A stretch of 64,000 nucleotides of DNA from assembly GCA_001766825.1 (NCBI GenBank), contig LYOR01000001.1, positions 30,945 through 94,944 on the forward strand, in the 5' to 3' direction. The number at the start of each line of letters is the position of its first letter. The first letter of the stretch is position 1. Below, one piece after another: positions 41,126 to 50,083 of the stretch. This DNA comes from Candidatus Syntropharchaeum butanivorans. GTDB taxonomy: Archaea; Halobacteriota; Syntropharchaeia; Syntropharchaeales; Syntropharchaeaceae. The notes below the pieces were generated by a model that saw nothing but the letters and a program-made list of their open reading frames with translations, searched no databases and was not told the DNA's origin. Position numbers and translations under genes: made by a program.

Positions 41126-41974
41126 CTACTCCTCCTCTTTCTTACCAACTGCACACATGTTAGCGCATGCCACACACTTCGGGAACCATCCAAGTGCTTC
41201 ATCCCATTCAAGAAGCTCATCGAACTTGACGTACTTGCTCCTGTACTCATCAATCTTCTCCATCGCATCTTCAGCATTTGTCCAGTCATACGGGGGCTCA
41301 TCGAGTCCTGTCGCCTTTACTCCACCCATTATGCCCCAGAGACACCGGTTCCTATTGAAGTTGTACGGTGGATAGTTATCCTCACTGATCGCGGATGTCG
41401 GGCATGCCTCAAGCCCGGACTTATCATCTGTTGCGACCTTGTTGACGAGCTTCGGGCCGTCCGGCTCTAAGGGTGCGTTGGTGACGATACTTGCAAGCAG
41501 TATCCTCGGACCAAACTCAGGTGTGAGGAAGAGATTCTCTATACCCTCCTCTCCAAGGCCCGCCTGGGTTGCTATCGCCTTGTGGCATGGCTGATGCAGC
41601 TGGGCTCCACCCACCTGTTGCTTCCGATCAAACGGATAATTCACCTCGATCAGCTTCGCATCGTAGCCTTTCTCCTTGAGGAACCCTACGATCCTCTTCC
41701 CCATCAGGTTCACTTCCCGTTCCAGTGTGAGGTATGTTGGCCCAAAACCTGTCATGAATATATACGGATCTTCTTCCTCGTCAAGCTCCAGAACGCCTTC
41801 CGGGAAGGCTTTTGCGATCGATATAACAGATTTTGCATCACTGACGAAATCCGATGGAGCGAAGTCTTTCTGCTGGGGTGGATACGTCACAGACTCGGCG
41901 CTTGCCACGCCTATCTTATCCAACCCTATCGAAAGCCCATAATTGATCAGCTCTTGCTTCAGATCATCTGCCAA
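41126..41974 (-). CDS. QueG-like (epoxyqueuosine-reductase / reductive-dehalogenase superfamily) protein with degenerate Fe-S motifs
   Basis: 282 aa. MADDLKQELINYGLSIGLDKIGVASAE, AKSVISIAKAFP and TQAGLGEEGIENLFLTPEFGPRILLASIVTNAPLEPDGP parallel B. subtilis QueG ([73 protein letters not shown]). The two CxxCxxCxxxCP ferredoxin motifs are not intact. Confidence 0.55.
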   Translation of the reverse strand: MADDLKQELINYGLSIGLDKIGVASAESVTYPPQQKDFAPSDFVSDAKSVISIAKAFPEGVLELDEEEDPYIFMTGFGPTYLTLEREVNLMGKRIVGFLKEKGYDAKLIEVNYPFDRKQQVGGAQLHQPCHKAIATQAGLGEEGIENLFLTPEFGPRILLASIVTNAPLEPDGPKLVNKVATDDKSGLEACPTSAISEDNYPPYNFNRNRCLWGIMGGVKATGLDEPPYDWTNAEDAMEKIDEYRSKYVKFDELLEWDEALGWFPKCVACANMCAVGKKEEE

Positions 41975-42112
41975 TTAGATACCTCCTTCCTAACCTTTAG
42001 TGTATACCGCTAAACAGCATATAATACTTTCCATCTTGGCACACACCCAAGGTGGCACGTGGCACATCAAACTTCTCGCACATAGTATATATACATATTC
42101 TTTTATCATAGT

Positions 42113-43042
42113 GTGATGGACGTCAGGAGGTTTGAGGGTGGACTCCTCGGGCTTGCGGTAGGAGATGCACTCGGGATGCAGGTTGAAGGTTCAAGTGATC
42201 CCGGGTATATCCGGGACTACGGTGATGCAAGGCCTGACTCTGTAAATGCAGGACTTAAGGCAGGGCAGTACACAGATGACACAATTCAGATGCTCATATT
42301 GACTGAATCAATCCTTAAAAGTCATGGATTTAATATTGAGGTCTTTGTATCATCCCTCATTGAGTGGGGGAAGGAGATCATGGCTAATATAGAAAGGGCA
42401 CGGGGAATCGGTCCAACAAGCCTTGAGGCAATCACGAACCTTCTTGATGGGGTGGACTGGATGAGATCCGGTGGGTTTGGACCCACATGCGGATCCGCGA
42501 TGAGGGTTGCCCCGATCGGTCTCCTGTATCATCGCAACTTTGATCTCATAGCAGAGATTGCAGCATGTTCAAGTATACCCACACACAGAAGTCCCGAATC
42601 GATAGCCGGGGCTGTTTCAGTGGCTGTAGCGGTTGGAGGGGTCACCTCAGGGCTTGAGATAGAAACCTCGATCATAAAATCTGCGGATTATGCAGAGAAA
42701 CACTCAAAGATACTTGCAGAGAAAATCCGCCTTGCGGTATCACTCAAGAATGAGCCGCCTGCAGAGGCGTTCAGCAAGATCGGGAGATCTGTCCTTGCTG
42801 CTGAGGCTGTTCCTGCTGCAATGTATGCCGCACTTTCTGGGGAAAGTTTTGAGGATGCACTCCTGATTGCTGTCAATCATGGTGGAGATACAGACTCAAT
42901 CGGTGCTATGACCGGGGCGATAAAGGGCGCCTATCACACGATCGATGGCATCCCCCTCAAGTGGCTCATCAAGCTTGAGGACTGTGAGGAGATAAGATCA
43001 TCTGCAAAAAGGTTATATGCTCTATGTGAGAGTGTGTTCTGA
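42113..43042 (+). CDS. ADP-ribosylglycohydrolase family protein (DraG-like)
   Basis: 309 aa. GLAVGDALGMQVEG near the N-terminus and a GGDTDSIGAMTGAI near the C-terminus are the two metal-site motifs of the family. Confidence 0.75.
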   Translation: MMDVRRFEGGLLGLAVGDALGMQVEGSSDPGYIRDYGDARPDSVNAGLKAGQYTDDTIQMLILTESILKSHGFNIEVFVSSLIEWGKEIMANIERARGIGPTSLEAITNLLDGVDWMRSGGFGPTCGSAMRVAPIGLLYHRNFDLIAEIAACSSIPTHRSPESIAGAVSVAVAVGGVTSGLEIETSIIKSADYAEKHSKILAEKIRLAVSLKNEPPAEAFSKIGRSVLAAEAVPAAMYAALSGESFEDALLIAVNHGGDTDSIGAMTGAIKGAYHTIDGIPLKWLIKLEDCEEIRSSAKRLYALCESVF

Positions 43043-43554
43043 TGGGAACATGGGAGGAGCACAGAGAGGGGGCCAGGAAGCAACTTGACATCTCGCTTGT
43101 TACAATCTCAACATCCAAGTATCTGGATCGCACAAAGAAGGATATATCCGGGGAGATCGCCCGCAATCTTCTTGAGAAGACCGGACATCGTGTTCTCTCG
43201 ACCACCATCATCCCTGATCGGAAGGACATGATAAGAAGGGAGCTACTCCGCCTCCTGATCTCAGATACAGATGTGATCATCACAAGCGGGGGAACAGGGC
43301 TCACTTCCGATGATATCACGATCGAGGCGATAACGCCCCTCTTCAAGAAGGAAATACCGGGATTTGGTGAGCTCTTCAGGAGGCTGAGCTATGATGAGAT
43401 CGGGGGAGCATCAATGTTAACCCGTGCAGCCGCCGGGGTGATTGAGGGTAAGCTTGTCATCTGTCTACCTGGCTCTCCTGATGCCGTGAGGCTTGCACTT
43501 GAGAAGATCCTCCTGCCAGAGCTCCCCCACCTCATGCGGCATATCTCAGAGTAG
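43042..43554 (+). CDS. moaB: molybdenum cofactor biosynthesis protein B (MoaB/MogA family)
   Basis: 170 aa. ITSGGTGLTSDD (the GGTG motif) and a MogA fold. Start overlaps the previous stop. Confidence 0.75.
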   Translation: MGTWEEHREGARKQLDISLVTISTSKYLDRTKKDISGEIARNLLEKTGHRVLSTTIIPDRKDMIRRELLRLLISDTDVIITSGGTGLTSDDITIEAITPLFKKEIPGFGELFRRLSYDEIGGASMLTRAAAGVIEGKLVICLPGSPDAVRLALEKILLPELPHLMRHISE

Positions 43555-43602
43555 ATTTTGATCCAAAGCTTATTTAAGTAAGGCGTGAGTTGAGGTACAA
43601 CT

Positions 43603-44844
43603 ATGGGCAGATACACGAGGTACGTAAGTTTATGGCTCCTCTGCACCACGCTTATACTTGTATCTATCAACCCTGCAGGTGGCGCCACGACCACTGAGCC
43701 CACCGTGATGGTCACAAACTACACGATTGATCCTGCTATTTTCATCCCAGGTGATAGAGGGACACTGACTGTCACAATCACAAACCGGGAAGCCTCATCA
43801 TCCCAGACGTTGACCACGACAAGCACAACCTCCACCACGACAACATCCACGACCTCAACCTCAGAGATCAAGACGAGGATCGAGGATGTCCGGCTCTATA
43901 CCTATAGCAGAGGTATCGGGTCGGTCAGAGAGGACATGAAGCGGGTTGTCTATGATAAGCCCGGGGCACTTGCACCTGGTGAGAGCATCACGCTGACCTT
44001 CCCGCTTGAGGTGGATGTTGAGGATGGGAGGTACCTGCTGGAGGTGAGGATCGCGATCGAGGACGGGATCAACGTCCGCTACCCCATCCTGATCACGGTC
44101 GATAGCTCAGCGGTTGAGCCTATCCTGATCGATATTCCCGATGAGATCTCGCTCAAGGGATCACGGGTGATCCAGCTTGCGGTTGCAAATACAAGGGCAA
44201 ACCGTGTCAAGGGTGTCAGGATCACACCACACGCTGAGAACTTTGAGTTTACACCTGAGAGCATCTTTATCGGGGAGATGAAATCAAACGAAAAGAGGAG
44301 GGTTAACTTCACACTCACACCGCTGAGACCAGGGTCATCTACGATCACGTTCAACGTCGAGTACAGGAACGGGGATAACCTCCATACCGTCTCACTCACC
44401 CGGGAGGTTGACGTGGTTGATCGCGACGATCTCAGGGTCATACTCGTCTCATGCCCTGGGGTGATACCAAGGGGTGGGAGCGGGAAGATAGAGCTTGATG
44501 TTGCAAACGGCAGATCGAACGATCTATCAAGCGTGCGCGTTATCCCGATACACGACGAGGCGTTCAGGATTTACCCGAGTGAGGTCTTCATCGGCGATAT
44601 GGAGCAGGACGATATATTCACCGCGGAGTTTGAGATCCATCCAACCACAGCCGCATCAGGTCTTGAGAATATATCATTCAAGGCGGTCTTCAGGGATATG
44701 GGTAACGATAAGCTATATGAGACAAATCCTCTTGTTGCCAGGATCAGAATCGAGGAGAATGGTGAGGATACACCTGGCTTTAGCATCATCTCCATTCTGG
44801 TTGCGCTTTTCATTGCAGGATTCATTATATTCCGGAAGAGGTGA
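43603..44844 (+). CDS. cell-surface protein with Thr-rich linker, CARDB-like Ig domains and PGF-CTERM sorting signal
   Basis: 413 aa. Signal peptide; TTTSTTSTTTTSTTSTS linker; repeated Ig-like blocks. C-terminus is TPGFSIISILVALFIAGFIIFRKR, i.e. the PGF tripeptide, a TM helix and basic residues (an archaeosortase substrate). Confidence 0.7.
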   Translation: MGRYTRYVSLWLLCTTLILVSINPAGGATTTEPTVMVTNYTIDPAIFIPGDRGTLTVTITNREASSSQTLTTTSTTSTTTTSTTSTSEIKTRIEDVRLYTYSRGIGSVREDMKRVVYDKPGALAPGESITLTFPLEVDVEDGRYLLEVRIAIEDGINVRYPILITVDSSAVEPILIDIPDEISLKGSRVIQLAVANTRANRVKGVRITPHAENFEFTPESIFIGEMKSNEKRRVNFTLTPLRPGSSTITFNVEYRNGDNLHTVSLTREVDVVDRDDLRVILVSCPGVIPRGGSGKIELDVANGRSNDLSSVRVIPIHDEAFRIYPSEVFIGDMEQDDIFTAEFEIHPTTAASGLENISFKAVFRDMGNDKLYETNPLVARIRIEENGEDTPGFSIISILVALFIAGFIIFRKR

Positions 44845-45052
44845 GTACTGCCTTTAATGGTTTTGTCCAGTTGAAAACCCATCAACCATAAATGGGTAAC
44901 GAAGCCCTACCTGTGATGGGTATTTCAGATTGAAGCAGGAGGGGATCGAGGAGAGGATAAATGCAAAAGGTGCCAGATGCTTCGGTGGGGAGGAAAGAGC
45001 ATTCGTTTGTGTTCAGGTAACTTTTATCAACCTCTGAATATAATAAAGATGT

Positions 45053-45340
45053 ATGCCAGATCAAATCTCACCCCCAGATCCTGGATACGAAGGTTCAAGG
45101 TTTCTTGCATGGCTATCAAAGCATGGAGGCATTCAGAATTTAAAAAGCTGTAAAAGCAAATGTGAACAGCTCGGGTTAAATATTGACACAATCCTCAGAG
45201 AATGGGGCACAGAGCGTATAAGGATCAATTTAAGCAGGGGAGAAAAAGTGGTTGTTTTAGTAGATAAGGTGTGGGCAGGTCAGTGGACAAGATATTATGA
45301 CACTTTTATTCCCCACCACAGACACTGGAAAAGAATATAA
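45053..45340 (+). CDS. hypothetical small protein in AT-rich islet
   Basis: 95-aa ORF in a low-GC stretch. No recognisable motif, so the coding call is weak. Confidence 0.2.
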   Translation: MPDQISPPDPGYEGSRFLAWLSKHGGIQNLKSCKSKCEQLGLNIDTILREWGTERIRINLSRGEKVVVLVDKVWAGQWTRYYDTFIPHHRHWKRI

Positions 45341-45400
45341 TTTTTCAGTTACCGAAAAGATTTAATACAGTTATGAAACATATCTACATATCTAATATAT

Positions 45401-45922
45401 ATGGTGATTATGATGAGTGAAGAGACTCCCCGGCTCCCAGAGGAACTGGAAAGGTATGTGGATAAGCCATACGGCGGCATCTTTGGGGACTCTGTAAGGA
45501 TAAGAATCATCGAGGAGATTGTAGCAGATCCTTACCGCGACTACCGCCCGAAAGACTTTGAAAAAATGTTTGGGGCTTCACCACCTACCATCAGAAGAGT
45601 TCTCAATGACCTTACGGCGCTTGGCTTACTTATAAAGGATTCACGCGATGTACAGCACCCGGTTTATCGCCCGAACCTGCGATCAAAGAAGATTATTGCA
45701 CTGACGTTTCTGGCTTATGCAGTAGTAGATGATAGAGACCACACGAAACTCATGGATGAAGCTATCTGGGATTACTACTCTAAAGTACTGAAAGAGGAAT
45801 TTGAACCTCTTGCAATTGCCACTACCCTGAGTTACGAAAATACAGGCAGAACCTGGAGAGGTTTTAGTGATATTAAGAGTATCACCGAAGAAAGCTGTAT
45901 CCTTGCAGTAGCGGAGGCCTGA
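45401..45922 (+). CDS. winged-helix transcriptional regulator, hypothetical
   Basis: 173 aa. N-terminal wHTH-like segment (RIRIIEEIVADPYRDYRPKDFEKMFGASPPTIRRVLNDLTALGLL) plus C-terminal domain. Confidence 0.45.
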   Translation: MVIMMSEETPRLPEELERYVDKPYGGIFGDSVRIRIIEEIVADPYRDYRPKDFEKMFGASPPTIRRVLNDLTALGLLIKDSRDVQHPVYRPNLRSKKIIALTFLAYAVVDDRDHTKLMDEAIWDYYSKVLKEEFEPLAIATTLSYENTGRTWRGFSDIKSITEESCILAVAEA

Positions 45923-45926
45923 GCTG

Positions 45927-46259
45927 ATGGAACATGAGGAAGGTGAGGAACGTACTCCTGAGAAAGGGCACATACGGGTCGCAATTGATCTCAGGAGTTT
46001 GTATGAATTCGATCCAGAGGATGTGTCAGTAGATATCTCTGTTGTACGTTACTCTAACCTCGCATATATCCAGGTTTCACATCGAGATGTTCATATCGAT
46101 TTTCTGGAGATGCCTGGCATCAAAAAAGACGGTAAAACTCGCATCAATGGAACACGGATTTATATGTCCCATGCGGCGGCTCAGAAGCTTGCCAGGGAGT
46201 TAAACGAGGTTTTAGAACGGGTTCATTCCAGCGGTGGGATGGAGAAATACCAGGGCTAA
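45927..46259 (+). CDS. hypothetical protein, co-oriented partner of the regulator above
   Basis: 110 aa, starts 5 nt after the previous stop. No motif I can name. Confidence 0.4.
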   Translation: MEHEEGEERTPEKGHIRVAIDLRSLYEFDPEDVSVDISVVRYSNLAYIQVSHRDVHIDFLEMPGIKKDGKTRINGTRIYMSHAAAQKLARELNEVLERVHSSGGMEKYQG

Positions 46260-46422
46260 AACCTTTTTCTATCACAAAATGTCAATCCTCGTAAGTTTCA
46301 ATTTGTTTGTGTTTAGGTAGTATGTAGGTAAGTAGGTAGGTAATATTGTTGAATTAAGAATATTTTGACATAAAGCTTATATACCGTAAAATCAATGTTG
46401 GGGATAATGGAGGTGAGAATAT

Positions 46423-46614
46423 TTGACTGAAGAGCGTGCCATTGTCAGTGTTATTGTTATTGTGGGGATTCTATTATTATTTGCATACACTCTTTTTCAA
46501 CTGAGCAAGTATGCAGATATGATGGCCGGGGCCTTTAAGAGTGTTGCACTCCTCGGCGTGGTTGCAGTAGTAGCCATAGCTGCGGGTATTGCACTAAAAA
46601 GGATGGTTAGTTAA
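46423..46614 (+). CDS. small single/double-pass membrane protein, hypothetical
   Basis: 63 aa, two hydrophobic helices (VIVIVGILLLFAYTLF, ALLGVVAVVAIAAGIAL). Confidence 0.3.
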   Translation: MTEERAIVSVIVIVGILLLFAYTLFQLSKYADMMAGAFKSVALLGVVAVVAIAAGIALKRMVS

Positions 46615-46939
46615 GTCACTCGGAGAAGAGGTAAAAAAAGGTTAACGCAGAGATGGCTGTGGTAGTAGTTCCACCAAACCACTTTATCACCGAACCTCAC
46701 TCCCGGCAACCCCCTCAAACGGCCTCTGCAGATCCAATCCCCTCATCCATCTTGCTTACAGGCTCGATGAGCTCCTGTTTACTCATCTGGCATAGCATCT
46801 GGTGATGAAGTAGCGTATCGCGGCTTTGTTTTATCTGAGATGGGGGATTGATCAGGTAACTTCCCTGCGTTTTCTACCCCACGCTTGAACTCGTGGACAT
46901 GGATGAATAAAAAGAAGAGGGCTTTAAACCTGGTGATCT

Positions 46940-46952
46940 AAGCCGCTGGTGG
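46940..46952. repeat. attL-type direct repeat: 13-nt copy of the tRNA-Thr 3' end
   Basis: aagccgctggtgg is identical to 58380..58392. That copy is the 3' acceptor strand, discriminator and part of the T-stem of the tRNA-Thr gene. Chance expectation for a 13-mer in 64 kb is ~0.001. Confidence 0.6.
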
Positions 46953-47049
46953 ACATGTTAAAACCACACCATAAGCTTGCCACTACCCCGTTATTTTCCA
47001 TCAATAAAAAGGTTGTGGTTTAATACCGATAATCCATAAGGATATAATC

Positions 47050-47205
47050 ATGGAAGGCTTAAAAAGATATCGGGTGCATGAGGTCAAGGGATCACTCAAG
47101 GTATCGCTGCCACGTGTGCTTGCTCAGGCTGTGGGTATCAGGAAGGGGGATGAGGTTGTGTGGGTCATCACGAAGGAAGGTTTGACCCTAAAGAAGATTT
47201 CTTGA
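47050..47205 (+). CDS. AbrB/MazE-type (SpoVT-AbrB swapped-hairpin) small DNA-binding protein
   Basis: 51 aa MEGLKRYRVHEVKGSLKVSLPRVLAQAVGIRKGDEVVWVITKEGLTLKKIS. This is the looped-hinge-helix pattern (KxSxxGxxxIPxxxR..GxxxGDxVxV). Below the ORF-track cutoff. Overlaps the antisense ORF 47124..47645. Confidence 0.45.
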   Translation: MEGLKRYRVHEVKGSLKVSLPRVLAQAVGIRKGDEVVWVITKEGLTLKKIS

Positions 47206-47645
47206 GTTAAATCCTGTCCTCTTCCATCCAATAAAGGACATACTCCACATAACCCCATACTCATCCGGTGCTTTCTTGGACAGGGTTGACCTGTCCACAC
47301 ATCAAAGAGGACAAAGGGGTTACCTGCCTTTGCCTTCTCCCACTCCTTCTTTATCTCTGGATCCTGCTTTGCTACCTCAAGGATCTTCTTAGCCTTCTTC
47401 ACAGTCTTATCTGAGATGAGTAAGCCCTGGTCTCTGGCTTTTTTGACTGCTAACTCAATGGATCTTCCTTTGTCTTCGGTGGGGGGTTCTTGACCCACCA
47501 CCGAACTTTTGAAGAGAGGTTTACCATTTTTATCTTTACCTGCTAATTGAGTAGCCTCTTGCCTCCTCCTTGCTCTCTCCTCCTCAATCTCTGCAAGCTT
47601 AAGGACAACTTCGGCTTTCTGTGCTGTGGTGAGGTGTCTTCTCAT
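47124..47645 (-). CDS. basic DNA-binding-like protein (ParB/KorB-type HTH resemblance), hypothetical
   Basis: 173 aa. N-terminal LTTAQKAEVVLKLAEIEEERARRRQ..KTVKKAKKILEVAK. The C-terminal third has low complexity and overlaps the AbrB-like ORF, so the 3' end may be mis-called. Confidence 0.35.
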   Translation of the reverse strand: MRRHLTTAQKAEVVLKLAEIEEERARRRQEATQLAGKDKNGKPLFKSSVVGQEPPTEDKGRSIELAVKKARDQGLLISDKTVKKAKKILEVAKQDPEIKKEWEKAKAGNPFVLFDVWTGQPCPRKHRMSMGLCGVCPLLDGRGQDLTQEIFFRVKPSFVMTHTTSSPFLIPTA

Positions 47646-47943
47646 AATGCCTCAAAAATGGCATATTTTTCACACCTCAGGTATCATAATACCCCCTCCC
47701 CTTCGAGATGCTCGAAAAACCCCTATTTTGAGGCTGTGGGTGGAGCAAAAAAAGTTGTCAAGGAGGTAACCGAGAGGCAAGCTTATCATTGCTCCACCCA
47801 CGATGGCACACAGCTCCCTTATTCCGGGCGGTTGCCCCGCAGCACAGGCTGCCACACCAGTGGTATTCAACCGCTGTTCATGGCGCTTGTTCTTACGCGG
47901 CATGGATGCCAACCCTCACGCCCACCAATGGATTAAGTGTGAT

Positions 47944-48288
47944 TCACACTGATTCGCCGCCGCCACCGAGGCCCCTGATGCTATAGATGATGATGCCTGC
48001 CATCAATGCAATCACCACGATGAGCATCATAGCCCACCCAGTGTTCATGACAGAAACGACCTTCTGTGAGGCTGTGTAAAACTCGCTGCTCTGGTCAATT
48101 GAAGCGATGTCATACACCTGATCGGCGACATAAACAGAGATCGCGCCGATGATCACGATGGTGAAGAGAACCATGCCAATCGTTGATACACTATCAACCT
48201 GCGCGCAGTGATCCTGCATGAACCTTCTTGCCTCAGCCTTTGCCGCTTCCATGATAAGCCTGCACCTGTCAACTACATGACCAAGCAT
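47944..48288 (-). CDS. two-helix membrane protein, hypothetical (element-encoded)
   Basis: 114 aa, two long hydrophobic helices, GGGGESV tail. Confidence 0.35.
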   Translation of the reverse strand: MLGHVVDRCRLIMEAAKAEARRFMQDHCAQVDSVSTIGMVLFTIVIIGAISVYVADQVYDIASIDQSSEFYTASQKVVSVMNTGWAMMLIVVIALMAGIIIYSIRGLGGGGESV

Positions 48289-48373
48289 ATCTGTTTCACC
48301 TCCATTAACACGATTAAATATTATCCATTACTATTTAAACCTACTCCTCTCTCGAATCAACTTCACACACAAT

Positions 48374-50083
48374 TTATCTACGATTTTTTGTTCTTTTTCT
48401 TCTTCCCGACTTCACACCGAGCATCTCCAATGGTGTGGCAACCGGGGCCACTTCCCCGAACCCGAATGCCCCGAGGTATGTGGATATATCCTTCTTTTTC
48501 TGCTTCCTGGGCTTCCGCTTTTTCGTTGGTGGCCTCCCCGGTGGTTTTTGACGTGGGGTGAACGTGACTGGCTCAATCCTCATATCCGGAAGATACAAAA
48601 CACGCGGGCGTGATGTCACCGCCTGCCTGACCTGCCTGAAAACATCAGCAAGCGGCTTGCTTTGCGCTTTGGTTTTGCTTGATGTCTGGGTTTTTGTTTC
48701 TACTGTGGGGGTAGATACAACCTCGATGATGGATTGAGTTTTTCCCTCCCCCTGTGGGGTTTCCTGTCCTGTAGTTTCCTGCCCTGTAGTTTTTCTTGTG
48801 AATGATGGTACAGGTATTGTTGGTGTCTTGCCTGATGCGCGTGCTTTGAAGCGGGGTGTGCCTGCAGCGCCAAGCATACCCATAAATGTTTCAATACCGC
48901 CACGAGCCGGTATGCGTGGCTTGGGCTTTGACTCGATGACCATCTTTTTAGCCCTGGGTCGTTTTATATCTTCAACAACAGACTTTGCAGCCTTATTCAC
49001 ATCTTGCCCAACTCTCTCAAAAATATCCCTGAGTCTGGCTTCTCTGATCATCGATTCAAGCCCACGATCAAGCTCAAGTGTCTTGACCCTCCTTGTGGCT
49101 GTTCGTGTTTCTGTTCGTGTCTCTGTTCGTGATTTAAATGCAGTGGCCGGCTTCCGTGTCCTTCTGTATGCAGATTTACCAAACCTATTCATCCACCTCT
49201 CCTGTGGGGTCTCCCGCCCTGTGGTCTTTTTCGGGCGTTCGTGTACAGATTTACCAAGCTTATCTGCCCATTTCTTAAACTCAGAAGGCTTTGGCTCAAA
49301 CCCAAACAGCTTTTTCAAATCCGGTGTGAGCTCAACAAAGTAATCCCCGGGTATTGCCTTACCACCCCATCCAATCTCAGGACGCCTCACCCCGCCTATC
49401 TTCTCTCTGAACCGTGGGAGATAGGGTTTCTCAGTAAACACACTATATCGGGGCTTTGCACCAAAGTATATGCCCTGGCGTGGTTTATGTCCGACTCTAA
49501 GCTTTCTGTATCCATATCTCACAGCATGAATCTGGGGTCTCTCGAACCTGGCTTCCTCATAAAATGGCTTGACCAGCTCAAAACCCCACGCTGGCTTCGT
49601 CTTTGGTGTGAAAGGCTGTACAGTACCACCCTTACCCTTTGGTGTGTCACTTATCCCTATTAGGGAGCCTTTTCTTGCACCAGTACCACGTGGCTCAAAT
49701 TGTTTGAAGGTTTCTTTTCCAAGGAAATACCCCTTCACATCTGCGAGTTGTGACATGTATTTCTCATAAGCGGCGATATTCCCAAGTGATACTTCCTTCT
49801 TCGTGGTTTCTCCAATCCTGTATATGTCACCGGAGACCTTCGTGGTTTTAGTTGACACCTTAACACTTTTTACCACAGGTTTTGTGCCAAACACAAGGGC
49901 TTTGTAATCCACTTTAACCGGTTGCCCTTCCTCCATGATTCTCGAAAACTCGGTTTTTCCAACCAGCGGCTTGCTTTTCGATCCCCACCTGATACCCAGA
50001 CCTTCATATTCAGGTGTTGTGATTCTGACCGGCTTTGGTGCATGCTCAACAGCCTTTCCCCCTACCTTACCAAAAAACCACAT
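48374..50083 (-). CDS. very basic repeat-containing protein, hypothetical (virion/nucleoprotein candidate)
   Basis: 569 aa, Lys/Arg/Pro/Gly-rich. Internal tandem repeats RTETRTETRTATRR and TTGQETTGQETPQ, matching DNA repeats near 49100 and 48770. C-terminal KKRKPRKQKKK. Confidence 0.5.
   Translation of the reverse strand: MWFFGKVGGKAVEHAPKPVRITTPEYEGLGIRWGSKSKPLVGKTEFSRIMEEGQPVKVDYKALVFGTKPVVKSVKVSTKTTKVSGDIYRIGETTKKEVSLGNIAAYEKYMSQLADVKGYFLGKETFKQFEPRGTGARKGSLIGISDTPKGKGGTVQPFTPKTKPAWGFELVKPFYEEARFERPQIHAVRYGYRKLRVGHKPRQGIYFGAKPRYSVFTEKPYLPRFREKIGGVRRPEIGWGGKAIPGDYFVELTPDLKKLFGFEPKPSEFKKWADKLGKSVHERPKKTTGRETPQERWMNRFGKSAYRRTRKPATAFKSRTETRTETRTATRRVKTLELDRGLESMIREARLRDIFERVGQDVNKAAKSVVEDIKRPRAKKMVIESKPKPRIPARGGIETFMGMLGAAGTPRFKARASGKTPTIPVPSFTRKTTGQETTGQETPQGEGKTQSIIEVVSTPTVETKTQTSSKTKAQSKPLADVFRQVRQAVTSRPRVLYLPDMRIEPVTFTPRQKPPGRPPTKKRKPRKQKKKDISTYLGAFGFGEVAPVATPLEMLGVKSGRRKRTKNRR

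Noticed and set aside
46290-46330. gtaggtaagtaggtaggt micro-repeat considered as a CRISPR or minisatellite
   Set aside because: Only ~3 short, degenerate units with no spacer-repeat periodicity. No CRISPR array exists anywhere in the window.
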